DNA from: Hyphomicrobiales bacterium
GTDB taxonomy: Bacteria; Pseudomonadota; Alphaproteobacteria; Rhizobiales; Methyloligellaceae
Direction: 5' to 3'
DNA: 64,000 nucleotides
Assembly (NCBI GenBank): GCA_965228625.1
Contig: OZ245829.1
Span: 615,137 to 679,136 of the forward strand
Shown here: positions 9,291 through 19,316 of the stretch, one piece after another
Numbering within the stretch: position 1 is the stretch's first letter
Layout: each line of letters begins with the position of its first letter
The notes under the pieces: model-generated
Database searches by the model: none
What the model was told of the DNA's origin: nothing
The model's input: only the letters and a program-made list of their open reading frames with translations
Position numbers and translations under genes: made by a program

Positions 9291-11351
9291 CTAGTTACAG
9301 GCGTCGACGTTCTCGAAGCTGAGCAACGTGCCGTTCTGATCCGTCACTTCGAGAATTCCGGCGAAGTTGCCGGTGCCGCGGCAAATTACGCCGGCGTTCG
9401 GCGCTGTGGTGACCTGATTGCCCGTGCTGCCGGCCGCGAGGGTCGTGCCCGCCGCATCAAAGAAGAAGGCGTCGTCATTGGCCCCGCCATTGCCGATGTT
9501 TGTGAGCGTGTTGTCCGCCAGCAGGACGTTGGTATTGCCGGCGCTTATGATGATGCCAACATTTGCCGTGCCGTTAATCGTGTTGCCCGAGATCGTCAGG
9601 TTGGTGTTGTTGTCGTTGATGAATATCGCATCGTCGCGCGTATCGACGATCGTATTGTTCGAAATCGTCACATTGGTGTTGCCGTTGTTGGAGCCGAGGA
9701 AGACGCCAACTTGTGTGTTTGTCAAAACGTTGTCAGATATGACCACGTTCACGTTGTCCCGATCCTGCAGGAACGCGCCGTTCGATCCGAGATTGGTCAT
9801 GATGTTGCGCGCAATCGTGATATTGGCGTTTTGCTGCTGGAAATGGACGCCGTCACCGCCGATATCCGTGAGGGTATTGTCGATGATGCGGACGTTTGAG
9901 TTATCGTCGTCGAAAAACACCGCATCTTCGCCAGTATCGGTTATCGTGTTGTTTTCAATCACGATGTTGGTCAGGTTATCGCGACCGCGGATACCGTGGT
10001 TGTCCGCGCCGACCCCGGGGTCGCCGACAATGTTCAATCCGGCAATATGGGTGTTGTTCGCGACGTTGAACACGCCGGTATCGGGATTTGTGTCATTTGA
10101 GAACAGCGTCGGCGTATTGCCGGGAGCGGTAAAAGGCACCACCTGACCCGAATTCTTGCCCCGGATGAGAATCGTGCTGCCGCCGCCCTGCACGGTTTGA
10201 TTGTCCTGCAGTATCTGGCCATCGGTGCCCGAGAGGTCGATCTGCGCGCCATTGCGCTGCACGATGATGAGCCGGTTGCCGCCAGCGTTCACCGCATCTC
10301 CGAGCTGGTTCGCGTTGGTGGCAAAGCTCACGGAGTTGAGAGCGACGTCGGTAGCGTCGTCAATGGCACCTTCCGTCGCCGTCGTGATGTCGGTCTGCTC
10401 GTTGGTGACGATGTCGGTGTCGCGCTCAAGGCCATCGGTCATGCGCAATTCCTGCGGTGTCAACGACGCGGTGCGCAACGCCGCGTCTGCGCCACGCGAC
10501 CCGAAGGGAATGCGCAGGCGCGCACCGATCTCGAACCTGGTTTCGCGTACGTCGTCGTAGGAAAGCTCGCTCTCGATGGTGAGGCGCGATCCGGGAAGCG
10601 ACGCGATCGCGTCATTGATGCGGTATTCAAGACGCCCTTTGGGACCGGCGATTTCGTCGTCCGCGTCATCATGATCGAACCAGAAGCCGCCGGCATAGGC
10701 TCTGAGTTCATGGCGCCTGGACGGTGCCAGGCCGTCCTTGAAACCCCCGGCCGTTCCACCGCGGGCACCGCCAAAAAGGAGAACGCCGAACTCCGCATCG
10801 ACCCCGTAATAGGCGAGTTCGCGGATCAGCGTATCTGTTTGCTGCACGAAGATGTTGTTGCCCTGAAGCAGTGCCGCAAACGTCGTCGTGTTCGAGACCG
10901 TTTCGTCGTCTTCGATCGGCACGTAGCCGTTGACGCGCAGATCATAGCGCTCGCTCAAGGCCTCGAGACCGAATGAGATCTGGTTGAACGTGTTATCGTT
11001 CGTTGTATCGCGGATATCCCAGCCGCCCCAGATGCCGAAATTCCAGCCCGAAGGCATCATCTGCCGGTAGCCGAGCGCGATATTGGCTTCCTGTACATCC
11101 TCTTCGAACAGCTTGCCGCGCGCATCGAGAAAGAACAGGGTTGTCGCCGACTGCATCAGCGGCGTGAACAGCACGATCTCGCCGCGGCTGCTGTCGTCGG
11201 TGCCGTAATAGCCGCCGAGCTCCCACCATCCGATGAACTTGTTCGGCGAGCCGGCGGTCACGTCCGAAGCGCGCGCCGAACCGGTGTAGAAAAACACAAT
11301 CGCCGCGACAAGCGCGAGAAATGCTGTCAGAGATTTGAACCGGGCCGTCAA
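9291..11351 (-). CDS. inverse autotransporter (type Ve) with right-handed parallel beta-helix passenger
   Basis: Signal peptide. N-terminal region matches the intimin/invasin beta-barrel pattern (NIALGYRQM...GIWGGWDIRD...SFGLEALSERYDLRVNGYVPI). C-terminal half has about 10 PbH1-like repeats (N-x-I-x-D/N-T/N...). Confidence 0.65.
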   Translation of the reverse strand: MTARFKSLTAFLALVAAIVFFYTGSARASDVTAGSPNKFIGWWELGGYYGTDDSSRGEIVLFTPLMQSATTLFFLDARGKLFEEDVQEANIALGYRQMMPSGWNFGIWGGWDIRDTTNDNTFNQISFGLEALSERYDLRVNGYVPIEDDETVSNTTTFAALLQGNNIFVQQTDTLIRELAYYGVDAEFGVLLFGGARGGTAGGFKDGLAPSRRHELRAYAGGFWFDHDDADDEIAGPKGRLEYRINDAIASLPGSRLTIESELSYDDVRETRFEIGARLRIPFGSRGADAALRTASLTPQELRMTDGLERDTDIVTNEQTDITTATEGAIDDATDVALNSVSFATNANQLGDAVNAGGNRLIIVQRNGAQIDLSGTDGQILQDNQTVQGGGSTILIRGKNSGQVVPFTAPGNTPTLFSNDTNPDTGVFNVANNTHIAGLNIVGDPGVGADNHGIRGRDNLTNIVIENNTITDTGEDAVFFDDDNSNVRIIDNTLTDIGGDGVHFQQQNANITIARNIMTNLGSNGAFLQDRDNVNVVISDNVLTNTQVGVFLGSNNGNTNVTISNNTIVDTRDDAIFINDNNTNLTISGNTINGTANVGIIISAGNTNVLLADNTLTNIGNGGANDDAFFFDAAGTTLAAGSTGNQVTTAPNAGVICRGTGNFAGILEVTDQNGTLLSFENVDACN

Positions 11352-11515
11352 CCGATTTCCCCCCAGAAGCCAGTTCTTTCCTGCCTATTCTTTGTGCACT
11401 TTATTCGTGAACAGTGCCGCCAAGCTATCAACTCAGAGTTGAAATATCCGGTTGTGGTCCGCGTTTGTGCTCTTTGCTCAGGTTGTGTTGCGGAATAGCT
11501 ACAGATTTGACCAAT

Positions 11516-11550
11516 CAATGATTGTGTATTCTTTATTGTTGCAATCATTG
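11516..11550. promoter_or_regulatory. inverted repeat CAATGATTG-N17-CAATCATTG in AT-rich upstream region of the inverse autotransporter
   Basis: Read directly. 9-bp perfect arms about 165-200 bp upstream of start 11351. Confidence 0.2.
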
Positions 11551-11788
11551 GTTGCTCGACTTGCGTTGTTTATCGTCATGAACCCTGGCGATGAGGATTC
11601 GTTTGTCCTGGATCGCGCGCTGATGGAGGCCGAAGCGTATCCATGCCTCAAGCAACGCATGACATTTCGGCGGCCCGGACGCGGTTTGGGCGGCACGATA
11701 TGTGACTGACTCCATGCTATGTTTGGTCCAATATGCAAGCTTGGCTGACAGCACCGAGGTCACAAAAACCGCGCAACATGGGGACATA

Positions 11789-12028
11789 ATGCAGCGTGCT
11801 TTGGGATTTCTGCTTATCGGACTCGCGGTCGCCGGCACGGCTGCGCAAATGGCGTACGGCTTGCACACCCATGTCGGCGAGGTGTTGCAGGCGGTGCTTG
11901 GGCCATACGTCACCGATACTTTTTCGACACCGGTCGGCGCGGCGGTCATTTACGGGTTCTTCTATTTCCTGGCCGCGTGCGGCCTCGTTCTCCTGGCGAC
12001 GGCAAATCGCGCCCGCTCGACGAAGTGA
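11789..12028 (+). CDS. hypothetical small membrane protein (79 aa)
   Basis: MQRALGFLLIGLAVAGTAAQ... has two hydrophobic segments. Weak SD, no family recognised. Confidence 0.3.
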   Translation: MQRALGFLLIGLAVAGTAAQMAYGLHTHVGEVLQAVLGPYVTDTFSTPVGAAVIYGFFYFLAACGLVLLATANRARSTK

Positions 12029-12098
12029 AACCGGAGTGTGGCGAACGTGCCCCGCCGCAACCAAATGAAAGTGCAACCCACGGAAGGCCACGTCTGAG

Positions 12099-13109
12099 AT
12101 GATGCTGAAGACACCGGAGGAGTCGCTGCCGCAGATCGCGGTGCTGGATGTCAGCGAAGACTGGCCGGTCGAAACGCTTCGGCTCGCGCTTGAAGAAACC
12201 CACGCGCTGCTGGATGAGGCCGCCGCCGATTACCCGGCGATCGCGCTCAAACTTGGCGATTCGATCTCCCGGCGCTGGCTCGAGCGTGCGCGTAACCCGT
12301 ATCTGGGCGAAATGGACCGGATATCGCAGATCATCGCCCGGCCCGGCGCGTATTACTTCAATGCCAGCTATGAATGGACGTGCAGCACCTGCGCGGGACC
12401 CGGTCCGGACGGCGGTTCGGCGCGGCTGATGCGGGTGCTTGACTGGCAGACTCCGGGCCTCGGCCGCCACGTGATCGCCGCCCGTGTTACCAGCGAAGCG
12501 GGCCCCTGGGTTACCTTCACATGGCCCGGCTACACCGGCGTGCTACAGGCAATGGCTCCGGGGCGGTTTGCCGCCGCCATCAACCAGGCGCCGATGGAAC
12601 GGCCCGTGGGCCTGTTCGCCCTCGACTGGATGGTGAACCGGGCAAAGATCTGGCGCAGCGCCGAGCCGACACCGGAGCATCTTCTGCGGCGCGTGTTCGA
12701 GACCGCGAAGAGCTTTCGCGAAGCAAAAGAGATGCTCGTGAGCACACGGCTTTGCGTCGGCGCTATCTACACGTTGAGCGGCGTCGCTCCCGACGAAGCC
12801 TGCGTCATTGAACGCACCGAAACTGGCACTCACATCGTCGAGGGACCGGCGAGCGCGGCGAACGCCTGGCAGAACAGCCAATGGGGCGGTCTTGTGCGTG
12901 GCGAAAACAACGAAAGCCGGCGTGAGATGATGGCCGCCCAGGAGCGACGGCTCGACAATGGCTTTGCCTGGCTTGAGCCGCCAGTCAGGAACGACCTTAC
13001 CCGTCTCGCGATGGTTGCCGATGCCGCGCAGGGCCGAGCGATCGCGCAAGGATACGAAGCGGAGGGCCCGGTCACACAGGTGCTTTCGCTTGAAATGCAG
13101 CCCGCCTGA
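12099..13109 (+). CDS. Ntn-hydrolase-like protein (acid ceramidase / NAAA / choloylglycine hydrolase-like)
   Basis: 336 aa. YEWTCSTCA (candidate Cys nucleophile, compare CTS in acid ceramidase/NAAA) followed by RVLDWQ (R-x-x-D). Function call tentative. Confidence 0.5.
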   Translation: MMLKTPEESLPQIAVLDVSEDWPVETLRLALEETHALLDEAAADYPAIALKLGDSISRRWLERARNPYLGEMDRISQIIARPGAYYFNASYEWTCSTCAGPGPDGGSARLMRVLDWQTPGLGRHVIAARVTSEAGPWVTFTWPGYTGVLQAMAPGRFAAAINQAPMERPVGLFALDWMVNRAKIWRSAEPTPEHLLRRVFETAKSFREAKEMLVSTRLCVGAIYTLSGVAPDEACVIERTETGTHIVEGPASAANAWQNSQWGGLVRGENNESRREMMAAQERRLDNGFAWLEPPVRNDLTRLAMVADAAQGRAIAQGYEAEGPVTQVLSLEMQPA

Positions 13110-13135
13110 CGCACACCCAGGGGCAATGGGCCTCG

Positions 13136-14947
13136 TCAGACCACCTTGTTGTCTGCGTCCACGACCGCATCGCTGCGATCGGTTTCGTCCTGCTCAAAAA
13201 GATCCTTCAACTCTTCGGAGCGTTCTCTCGCAAGAACCTGGAGCTTCTGCTGGTCCGTATAGTGCTCGTAGTCGCCATAAAGGTGACGGCGATCGAACTC
13301 GCGGAACGTGTCGATCGTTCGTGTCACCGCCCGTTCTGAATCGCCCAGACCGCGCAAGACTTCACGCGTGATATCCAGCGACGAGAGAAACGTTTCCCGA
13401 CGAATGAATTCGACCCCCACATCCATGAGCCGATGCACGTGGTCGCGGTTTCGCGCCCGGGCATAGATCGGCACGTGCGGGAAATGGCGACGCACCAACT
13501 CCGCCGTTTTCAGGGATTTCTCCTCATCTCCGATCGCCAGAACAAACGCGCGCGCCTTGCCCACCTGCGCCGCTTCAAGGATGCTGAGACGGGTTGCGTC
13601 TCCATAGTACGCCTGACCGCCAAAACGACTCACGAACTGAACCTGCTCCGCCGATCCGTCGAGTGCGGTGAACGGAATACGGCGCGCCTGCAGGACGCGG
13701 GCAACGATCTGTCCGACCCGCCCGAAACCGGCGATGACCACATGCCCCTGCTCATCCGGCATCTCGTCGTAGGGGCGGTCCTCCGGCTCGCCGGCGCGTG
13801 TGAGCAGCTCGTCCGCGAGCAACAACAGCGGCGTCGACAGCATCGACAACGTGACGATAACGGTCAGCAGTTCCGCCAGATCCCGGCTGATGACGTTCTC
13901 GCCAAGCGCGGTCGTGAAAATGACGAAGGCGAATTCACCGCCCTGCGATACCGCCAGTGCCAGCCGGCGCGCGGCGCGATTGTCGAGACCGTTCCAGCGG
14001 CCGAGCCCATAGAGCACGATGGCCTTGATGGTCAGCAGGCCCACGACACATACGATGATCAACCCGAACTGCTGCACCAGAAGCTGGAGATTGAGCATCA
14101 TGCCGACGGCGGTGAAGAAAAGCCCGAGAAGCAGACCTTCGAATGGTGCGATGTCGGATTCAATCTGGTGACGATACGGCGAGTCCGCGAGCAAGGCACC
14201 GGCGAGAAATGCCCCCAACACCGCGGACAGACCGGCAAACTCCATCAGCAGGACAACGCCGACAACCGTCAGCAGGGCGCTGGCGGTCATCGCCTCCCGG
14301 ACGCCGGTCATGGCCACAAGCCGGTAGACCGTGGACAACGCGTAACGGCCAACGATGATGACCAACAGGATCGCGCCGATGGCGCTTATGATCTTGACCA
14401 GTGAAACGCTCTCGTCCGCGCCCGCAGCGCCGAGCAGCGGCACGATGGCAATCAGCGGAATGGCCGCCATGTCCTGAAACAGAAGTACGGAGAACGCGGC
14501 ACGGCCGTGGCGCAGTCGTAGTTCTCCCTTTTCCTCCAACACCTGGAGCACGAAAGCGGTCGACGAGAGCGCCAGCGCAAATCCGATGAGGACGGCATCG
14601 TCCCACGGAACACCCATGAACCCGATGACGGGTATCAGCAGAGCCGCCGTAATCGCCACCTGGCTTCCGCCCAGGCCGAAGACCGATCCGCGCATGGTCC
14701 AGAGGCGCTTGGGTTTGAGCTCCAGGCCGATCAGGAACAACAAAAGCGCGACACCGTATTCCGCGATGTGGAGAATACTCTCGACATGATAGACGGTGTA
14801 GACGAAGCCAAGGCCGAATGGCCCGATCAGCACGCCTGCGGCGAGATAGCCGAGCACGGAGCTGATATGCAGTTTCTTCGCAATCGGCGCGGCAATTGCG
14901 GCCGCGGCCAGGAAGACCGCGGCCTGAATAAGAAAGCTTCCCGTCAT
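13136..14947 (-). CDS. monovalent cation:proton antiporter-2 (CPA2) family, glutathione-regulated K+ efflux KefB/KefC-like
   Basis: Start at MTGSFLIQAAVFL (ATG 14947, SD GGGAG). Na/H exchanger membrane domain plus C-terminal RCK/TrkA-N motif VVIAGFGRVGQ. Confidence 0.85.
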   Translation of the reverse strand: MTGSFLIQAAVFLAAAAIAAPIAKKLHISSVLGYLAAGVLIGPFGLGFVYTVYHVESILHIAEYGVALLLFLIGLELKPKRLWTMRGSVFGLGGSQVAITAALLIPVIGFMGVPWDDAVLIGFALALSSTAFVLQVLEEKGELRLRHGRAAFSVLLFQDMAAIPLIAIVPLLGAAGADESVSLVKIISAIGAILLVIIVGRYALSTVYRLVAMTGVREAMTASALLTVVGVVLLMEFAGLSAVLGAFLAGALLADSPYRHQIESDIAPFEGLLLGLFFTAVGMMLNLQLLVQQFGLIIVCVVGLLTIKAIVLYGLGRWNGLDNRAARRLALAVSQGGEFAFVIFTTALGENVISRDLAELLTVIVTLSMLSTPLLLLADELLTRAGEPEDRPYDEMPDEQGHVVIAGFGRVGQIVARVLQARRIPFTALDGSAEQVQFVSRFGGQAYYGDATRLSILEAAQVGKARAFVLAIGDEEKSLKTAELVRRHFPHVPIYARARNRDHVHRLMDVGVEFIRRETFLSSLDITREVLRGLGDSERAVTRTIDTFREFDRRHLYGDYEHYTDQQKLQVLARERSEELKDLFEQDETDRSDAVVDADNKVV

Positions 14948-15077
14948 CGTATTCGGCTCCCGGTGGACGGAGTTTCCAAAGACGCCAGAAACAAACACCC
15001 TGAAACCACGGTTTTAGAGAGCGCGGCGATTCCCGGCAACCGGTCACCTTGCGTGTCGGAGCGGCCTCATCGCCGGC

Positions 15078-15263
15078 TCAATATCGGATTGCGGGAAGCA
15101 GGAGGTAGAAGAAGAAGAGCAGGAACACGCCGAGAATGCTGAACCAGAGATTTCGGCTGACCAGTCCGATCGCCAATGCACCGATGCCGACAAGTGCGAC
15201 GATCGAAATCTCGTAGCCTGCGACTGAAACGCCACCCGTCAAGGTTTCAATGATTTCGCGCAT
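15078..15263 (-). CDS. hypothetical small membrane protein (61 aa)
   Basis: Two hydrophobic helices, no family recognised. Sits between kef and araC genes. Confidence 0.35.
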   Translation of the reverse strand: MREIIETLTGGVSVAGYEISIVALVGIGALAIGLVSRNLWFSILGVFLLFFFYLLLPAIRY

Positions 15264-15371
15264 TTAGGCCCTTTCGATCAAAACAGCCTATCACACCGCG
15301 AACACGGCGGAACCATTTCGCAGCCACCGCCTGCGGCTCCGATCCGCGCAGTCTTGCACGTTCGCGAACAG

Positions 15372-16337
15372 TCAGGACCGCATATCGTGAGTTTCGCGCC
15401 AGCGCGAGGGTGATACGCCGAAGCATCGCTTGAAAGCCCGGCTGAAGGCCGCCTCCGACCCGTATCCGACCGAAACGGCAATTTCCATAATGCCGACGTC
15501 ACCCTCGGCAAGCTCGCGCGCCGCGAGCCGCATCCGGTGTTGCGTCACATATTCGGCAGGAGCGCATCCCAGGTATCGCTTGAACTTGTCGGCGAGCGCG
15601 GAACGCGAGGCGCCGGAATCCCGGCCGAGCTGTTCGACGGTCCAGTTCTTCTGAGGTTCGTGGTGGATAAGCGCAATCGCGCGGCTCACCGACCGGTCCC
15701 TGAGCGCGCTGTACCAGCCTTCCATCTCCCGGCCCTGCGTTTCGACGTGGGACCGGATCGCCTCGATGAGCAGCAACTCGGAAAGGCCCGCGAGCACGGC
15801 ATCCGCTCCGGGCCGGTTGTCGGCGGCCTCGGCCGCCGCGAATTCGAGCGAAGAGCGCACCACCTCTCCGGACCGGGCGACCGCACTGTCATAGATGATA
15901 TAAGGCGGCAGGGCAGCCAGCAGTGGTTCCTCGCCAAGAGCCAGCCCCCCGAGAAAACCGCAAACCGTGCGGGTTTTTGCACCACCGCCGCCATGTTCAA
16001 TAACCATCATGCTGCCGCGCTCGGGTATCTGCACCACATCGAGCGCCGAGACCGCCGGAACACGGTCGCGCCCGGCCATCGTGTGCGGATCGTTGCGGAT
16101 GAACACGATGGCCTGACCGGGCGATATGACGACCGGTACGTTGCCCGGAATCTCGACGATCATCATCCCTTCGAGGATGTAGTGATAGATGATCAGGTGA
16201 TCGATCGGCCCGAGATAATCAGCGCAATCGGGAGCACTGATCTCCGTCGACAGACACCACGGCTCGGTAAACTCGCCGCGCAGAAACATGCTCGCGGATA
16301 AGCGTGTCGAACGCAGAATCTCTGACAAAGCGTCCAT
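15372..16337 (-). CDS. AraC family transcriptional regulator (cupin-type sensor domain)
   Basis: C-terminal double HTH (WTVEQLGRDSGASRSALADKFKRYLG...GYGSEAAFSRAFKR). Confidence 0.85.
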   Translation of the reverse strand: MDALSEILRSTRLSASMFLRGEFTEPWCLSTEISAPDCADYLGPIDHLIIYHYILEGMMIVEIPGNVPVVISPGQAIVFIRNDPHTMAGRDRVPAVSALDVVQIPERGSMMVIEHGGGGAKTRTVCGFLGGLALGEEPLLAALPPYIIYDSAVARSGEVVRSSLEFAAAEAADNRPGADAVLAGLSELLLIEAIRSHVETQGREMEGWYSALRDRSVSRAIALIHHEPQKNWTVEQLGRDSGASRSALADKFKRYLGCAPAEYVTQHRMRLAARELAEGDVGIMEIAVSVGYGSEAAFSRAFKRCFGVSPSRWRETHDMRS

Positions 16338-16521
16338 GCAATCTGGTCCCGGTAATGATGTGGCGGTTCGATCAAGTCAAATGGTGATTTGATCATTTGT
16401 TGCAAGTCGGCCGGATGCTAATTCCGCGCGCCGGTCGCTTCGAACTGAATTCTTCGTGATGAATTCTGCGCAGCGATCAATAACCGCCCCCTAATTTACC
16501 TTGCTCTGAAAAGGAGTTGCA

Positions 16522-17178
16522 ATGCTTAGACTTGGAGATATCGCACCTGATTTCACGGCCGAGACCACGGAAGGCCCCATCAATTTCCACAATTGGATCG
16601 GCGATTCCTGGTGCGTGCTGTTTTCACATCCCAAGGACTTTACGCCCGTTTGCACGACGGAACTCGGCTACATGGCCAAGATCAAGCCCGAATTCGACAA
16701 GCGAAATGTCAAAGTGATCGGCATCAGTGTGGACCCGATCGAGTCGCATGCCGAGTGGTCCAAGGATATCGAGGAAACCCAGGGCATCGCTCCCAACTAT
16801 CCGATGATCGGCGATCCTGAGCTCAAGATTTCGAAGCTCTACGGCATGCTTCCCGCCGACGCCGGTGACACCTCGGAGGGCCGGACCGCCGTCGACAACC
16901 AGACCGTCCGCAACGTCTACGTCATCGCACCCGACAAATCGGTGAAATTGGTCATCACCTACCCGATGAGCACCGGACGCAATTTCGATGAACTGTTGCG
17001 CGTTATCGACTCGCTGCAACTCACCGCGCACCACAAGGTCGCGACCCCGGTGAACTGGAAGCACGGCGAGGACGTTATCATCGTGCCGGCGGTCCCCGAT
17101 GACGACGCGAAGAAGATGTTCCCGTCCGGCTGGGACGCACCGAAGCCCTATATGCGCATTGTCCAGCAACCGGGATAG
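16522..17178 (+). CDS. 1-Cys peroxiredoxin (Prx6-like)
   Basis: SD AGGAG. MLRLGDIAPDFTAETTEG...FSHPKDFTPVCTTE active-site motif. Confidence 0.9.
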   Translation: MLRLGDIAPDFTAETTEGPINFHNWIGDSWCVLFSHPKDFTPVCTTELGYMAKIKPEFDKRNVKVIGISVDPIESHAEWSKDIEETQGIAPNYPMIGDPELKISKLYGMLPADAGDTSEGRTAVDNQTVRNVYVIAPDKSVKLVITYPMSTGRNFDELLRVIDSLQLTAHHKVATPVNWKHGEDVIIVPAVPDDDAKKMFPSGWDAPKPYMRIVQQPG

Positions 17179-17306
17179 GGGTGTCGGAAGCGCGAACGCA
17201 CGCGCCTCCGCGCACATTGAACCGCAACCGCGCCGCCGGGTTTTCCCGGCGGCGCTTGTACGAGAAGACCCCAATTTCACGGAACCGTTACACCGAAGTG
17301 AGCGCG

Positions 17307-18161
17307 ATGGATACCAGGACGCACGCCCTGCAAACGCCAACCATGAGCTCGAATGCGGCACCGCTGAAGGCCGCCGCAACCTATAACGCGGCCTCGGACC
17401 ATTTTGACGCGGAACCCCTTTCCTTCTGGAACCGGCACGGGCGGCGGACCGTCGACATGCTGGGGATCGCACCCGGAGACCGTGTTCTGGACGTGGGATG
17501 CGGCACCGGCGCGTCGGCGATACCGGCCGCGCTGGCCGCCGGGCCGAACGGCCGGGTCACGGGCATCGACGTCGCGGAAAAACTCCTCGAGATCGCCCGC
17601 GCGAAGGCCGAACGGCAAGGCCTCGCCAACCTGACTTTCGAGTTGGCGGACATGACGGCCGCGGAGTTTCCGCATGAGAGCTTCGACGCCGTTGTCAGCG
17701 TTTTCTCCATTTTCTTTGTCGAGGACATGGAAAGCCTCATCGGCAAGCTCTGGCGGCTGGTGGCGCCCGGCGGCGGCCTCGCCGTGACCGTCTGGGGCGC
17801 CGATCCGTTTCAGCCCGGCGCGACAATGCTCGGCGAGGAGATTGCACGGCAACGGCCTGACATTCCTCTCCCGACTGCGCCGTGGGAGCGCCTTACCGAA
17901 CCGCGGAACTTTCGCCAACTCTTTCTGGACGGCGGGGCACCCGAACCGCGGGTCGAGCGCATTCCCGACCGGCAACCTCTGCGACAGCCGGAGGATTTCT
18001 GGACAATCGCGCTCGGATCGGGCTTTCGTGGCCTGATTGAACAACTCAGGCCCGAAGAACGGACCATTGTGCGCGATCGCACAATTCAACGCCTTTCGCG
18101 CGCCGGCGCGACGGACATCGAATCGGGCGGCATTTGCGCGATCGCGCGAAAGGCACACTGA
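17307..18161 (+). CDS. class I SAM-dependent methyltransferase
   Basis: VLDVGCGTGASA motif I. Start uncertain (17181 / 17307 / 17343). Confidence 0.75.
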   Translation: MDTRTHALQTPTMSSNAAPLKAAATYNAASDHFDAEPLSFWNRHGRRTVDMLGIAPGDRVLDVGCGTGASAIPAALAAGPNGRVTGIDVAEKLLEIARAKAERQGLANLTFELADMTAAEFPHESFDAVVSVFSIFFVEDMESLIGKLWRLVAPGGGLAVTVWGADPFQPGATMLGEEIARQRPDIPLPTAPWERLTEPRNFRQLFLDGGAPEPRVERIPDRQPLRQPEDFWTIALGSGFRGLIEQLRPEERTIVRDRTIQRLSRAGATDIESGGICAIARKAH

Positions 18162-18208
18162 GCCGCGCAAGCGCTGCGCGGCGGACACGCAAACCTGGAG
18201 ACGAACCC

Positions 18209-19168
18209 ATGAGCGAATTGACACGACGCGAGGTCATTCACGGTGCGGCCGCGGCAGGCGCGGTCATGTGCGGCACGTCGATCTTGACGAAGCCGGCACT
18301 CGCGGACACGGCGCGCGAGGTTGGAACCTATCGTTACGCCATCGGCGACATTACCTGCACCGCGCTTTATGACGGCATCTGGAAGAAGGATCACGCGGAA
18401 GACTTCATCCGCAACGCCTCCATCGAAGACACGAAGGGCGCGCTCACCAAGGGCGGGCTGAGCGATCGCTTTGTCACGATCGAATTTTCGGCGACACTGA
18501 TCGAGACGGGCGGCAGAAAGGTCCTGATCGATCCGGGCACCGGCGGCCAGTGGACGCCGACCGCCGGCGTGATGCTCGACAACATGGCGCGTGCGGGCTT
18601 TGCTCCGAAAGATATCGATACCGTCCTGATCTCGCATTTTCACCCCGATCACATCTTCGGGCTGATGGAAAAACACACCAACAAGCAGATTTATCCGGAC
18701 GCCGAGATCATCGTGCCGGAGGCCGAATACGCGTTCTGGACCGACCCGGGCGTTTTCGCGAAGCTGCCGAAGGACTGGCACGGTCTGGCGAAGGGTATAC
18801 AGGCGACGTTCCCGAAATGGGAAAATGTCAGACGCGTCGCGTCGGACAGCGACGTCGCGCCGGGTATCCGCAGCCTGTCCGCGCCGGGCCATACGCCGGG
18901 TCACACCGCCTATCACGTGAGTTCGGGCGACACGCAACTGATCGTCGCCGGAGACGTCGCGATCACGCCTGCCCTGTTTGTTGCGAATCCCGGCTGGCAG
19001 GTGGTCTTCGACGCGGATCCGGCGCTTGCAGAGAAAACCAGACGCCGTATTTTCGACCAGATCGTTGCCGACCAGACTGTCGTTTCCGGCTATCATTTTG
19101 GTTTTCCCAATGCCGGTAAGCTTCTGAAAGACGGTAAAGGTTATACGTTCCAGCCCTATCAGAGTTAA
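18209..19168 (+). CDS. MBL-fold metallo-hydrolase with Tat signal peptide
   Basis: Start at MSELTRREVIHGAAAAG (SD GGAGA). HFHPDH zinc motif. Confidence 0.8.
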   Translation: MSELTRREVIHGAAAAGAVMCGTSILTKPALADTAREVGTYRYAIGDITCTALYDGIWKKDHAEDFIRNASIEDTKGALTKGGLSDRFVTIEFSATLIETGGRKVLIDPGTGGQWTPTAGVMLDNMARAGFAPKDIDTVLISHFHPDHIFGLMEKHTNKQIYPDAEIIVPEAEYAFWTDPGVFAKLPKDWHGLAKGIQATFPKWENVRRVASDSDVAPGIRSLSAPGHTPGHTAYHVSSGDTQLIVAGDVAITPALFVANPGWQVVFDADPALAEKTRRRIFDQIVADQTVVSGYHFGFPNAGKLLKDGKGYTFQPYQS

Positions 19169-19316
19169 AGTGCTGGAATTGGCCGAAAACCTGCGTCGGT
19201 GTGCGTTTTTTGTGCGGTGCACAAATCTGCCCAAATTGATCCTCATATGAGCGTTTGTCACGAAAAGCGGCGACGCTGAGCCGGCACACAGGCAACCGCG
19301 CCGACAGAGAGGATCC

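Noticed and set aside
11452-11709. 85-aa plus-strand ORF in the AT-rich region upstream of the inverse autotransporter
   Set aside because: It has no SD and an odd composition, and it lies in a probable promoter region. No support beyond being an open frame.
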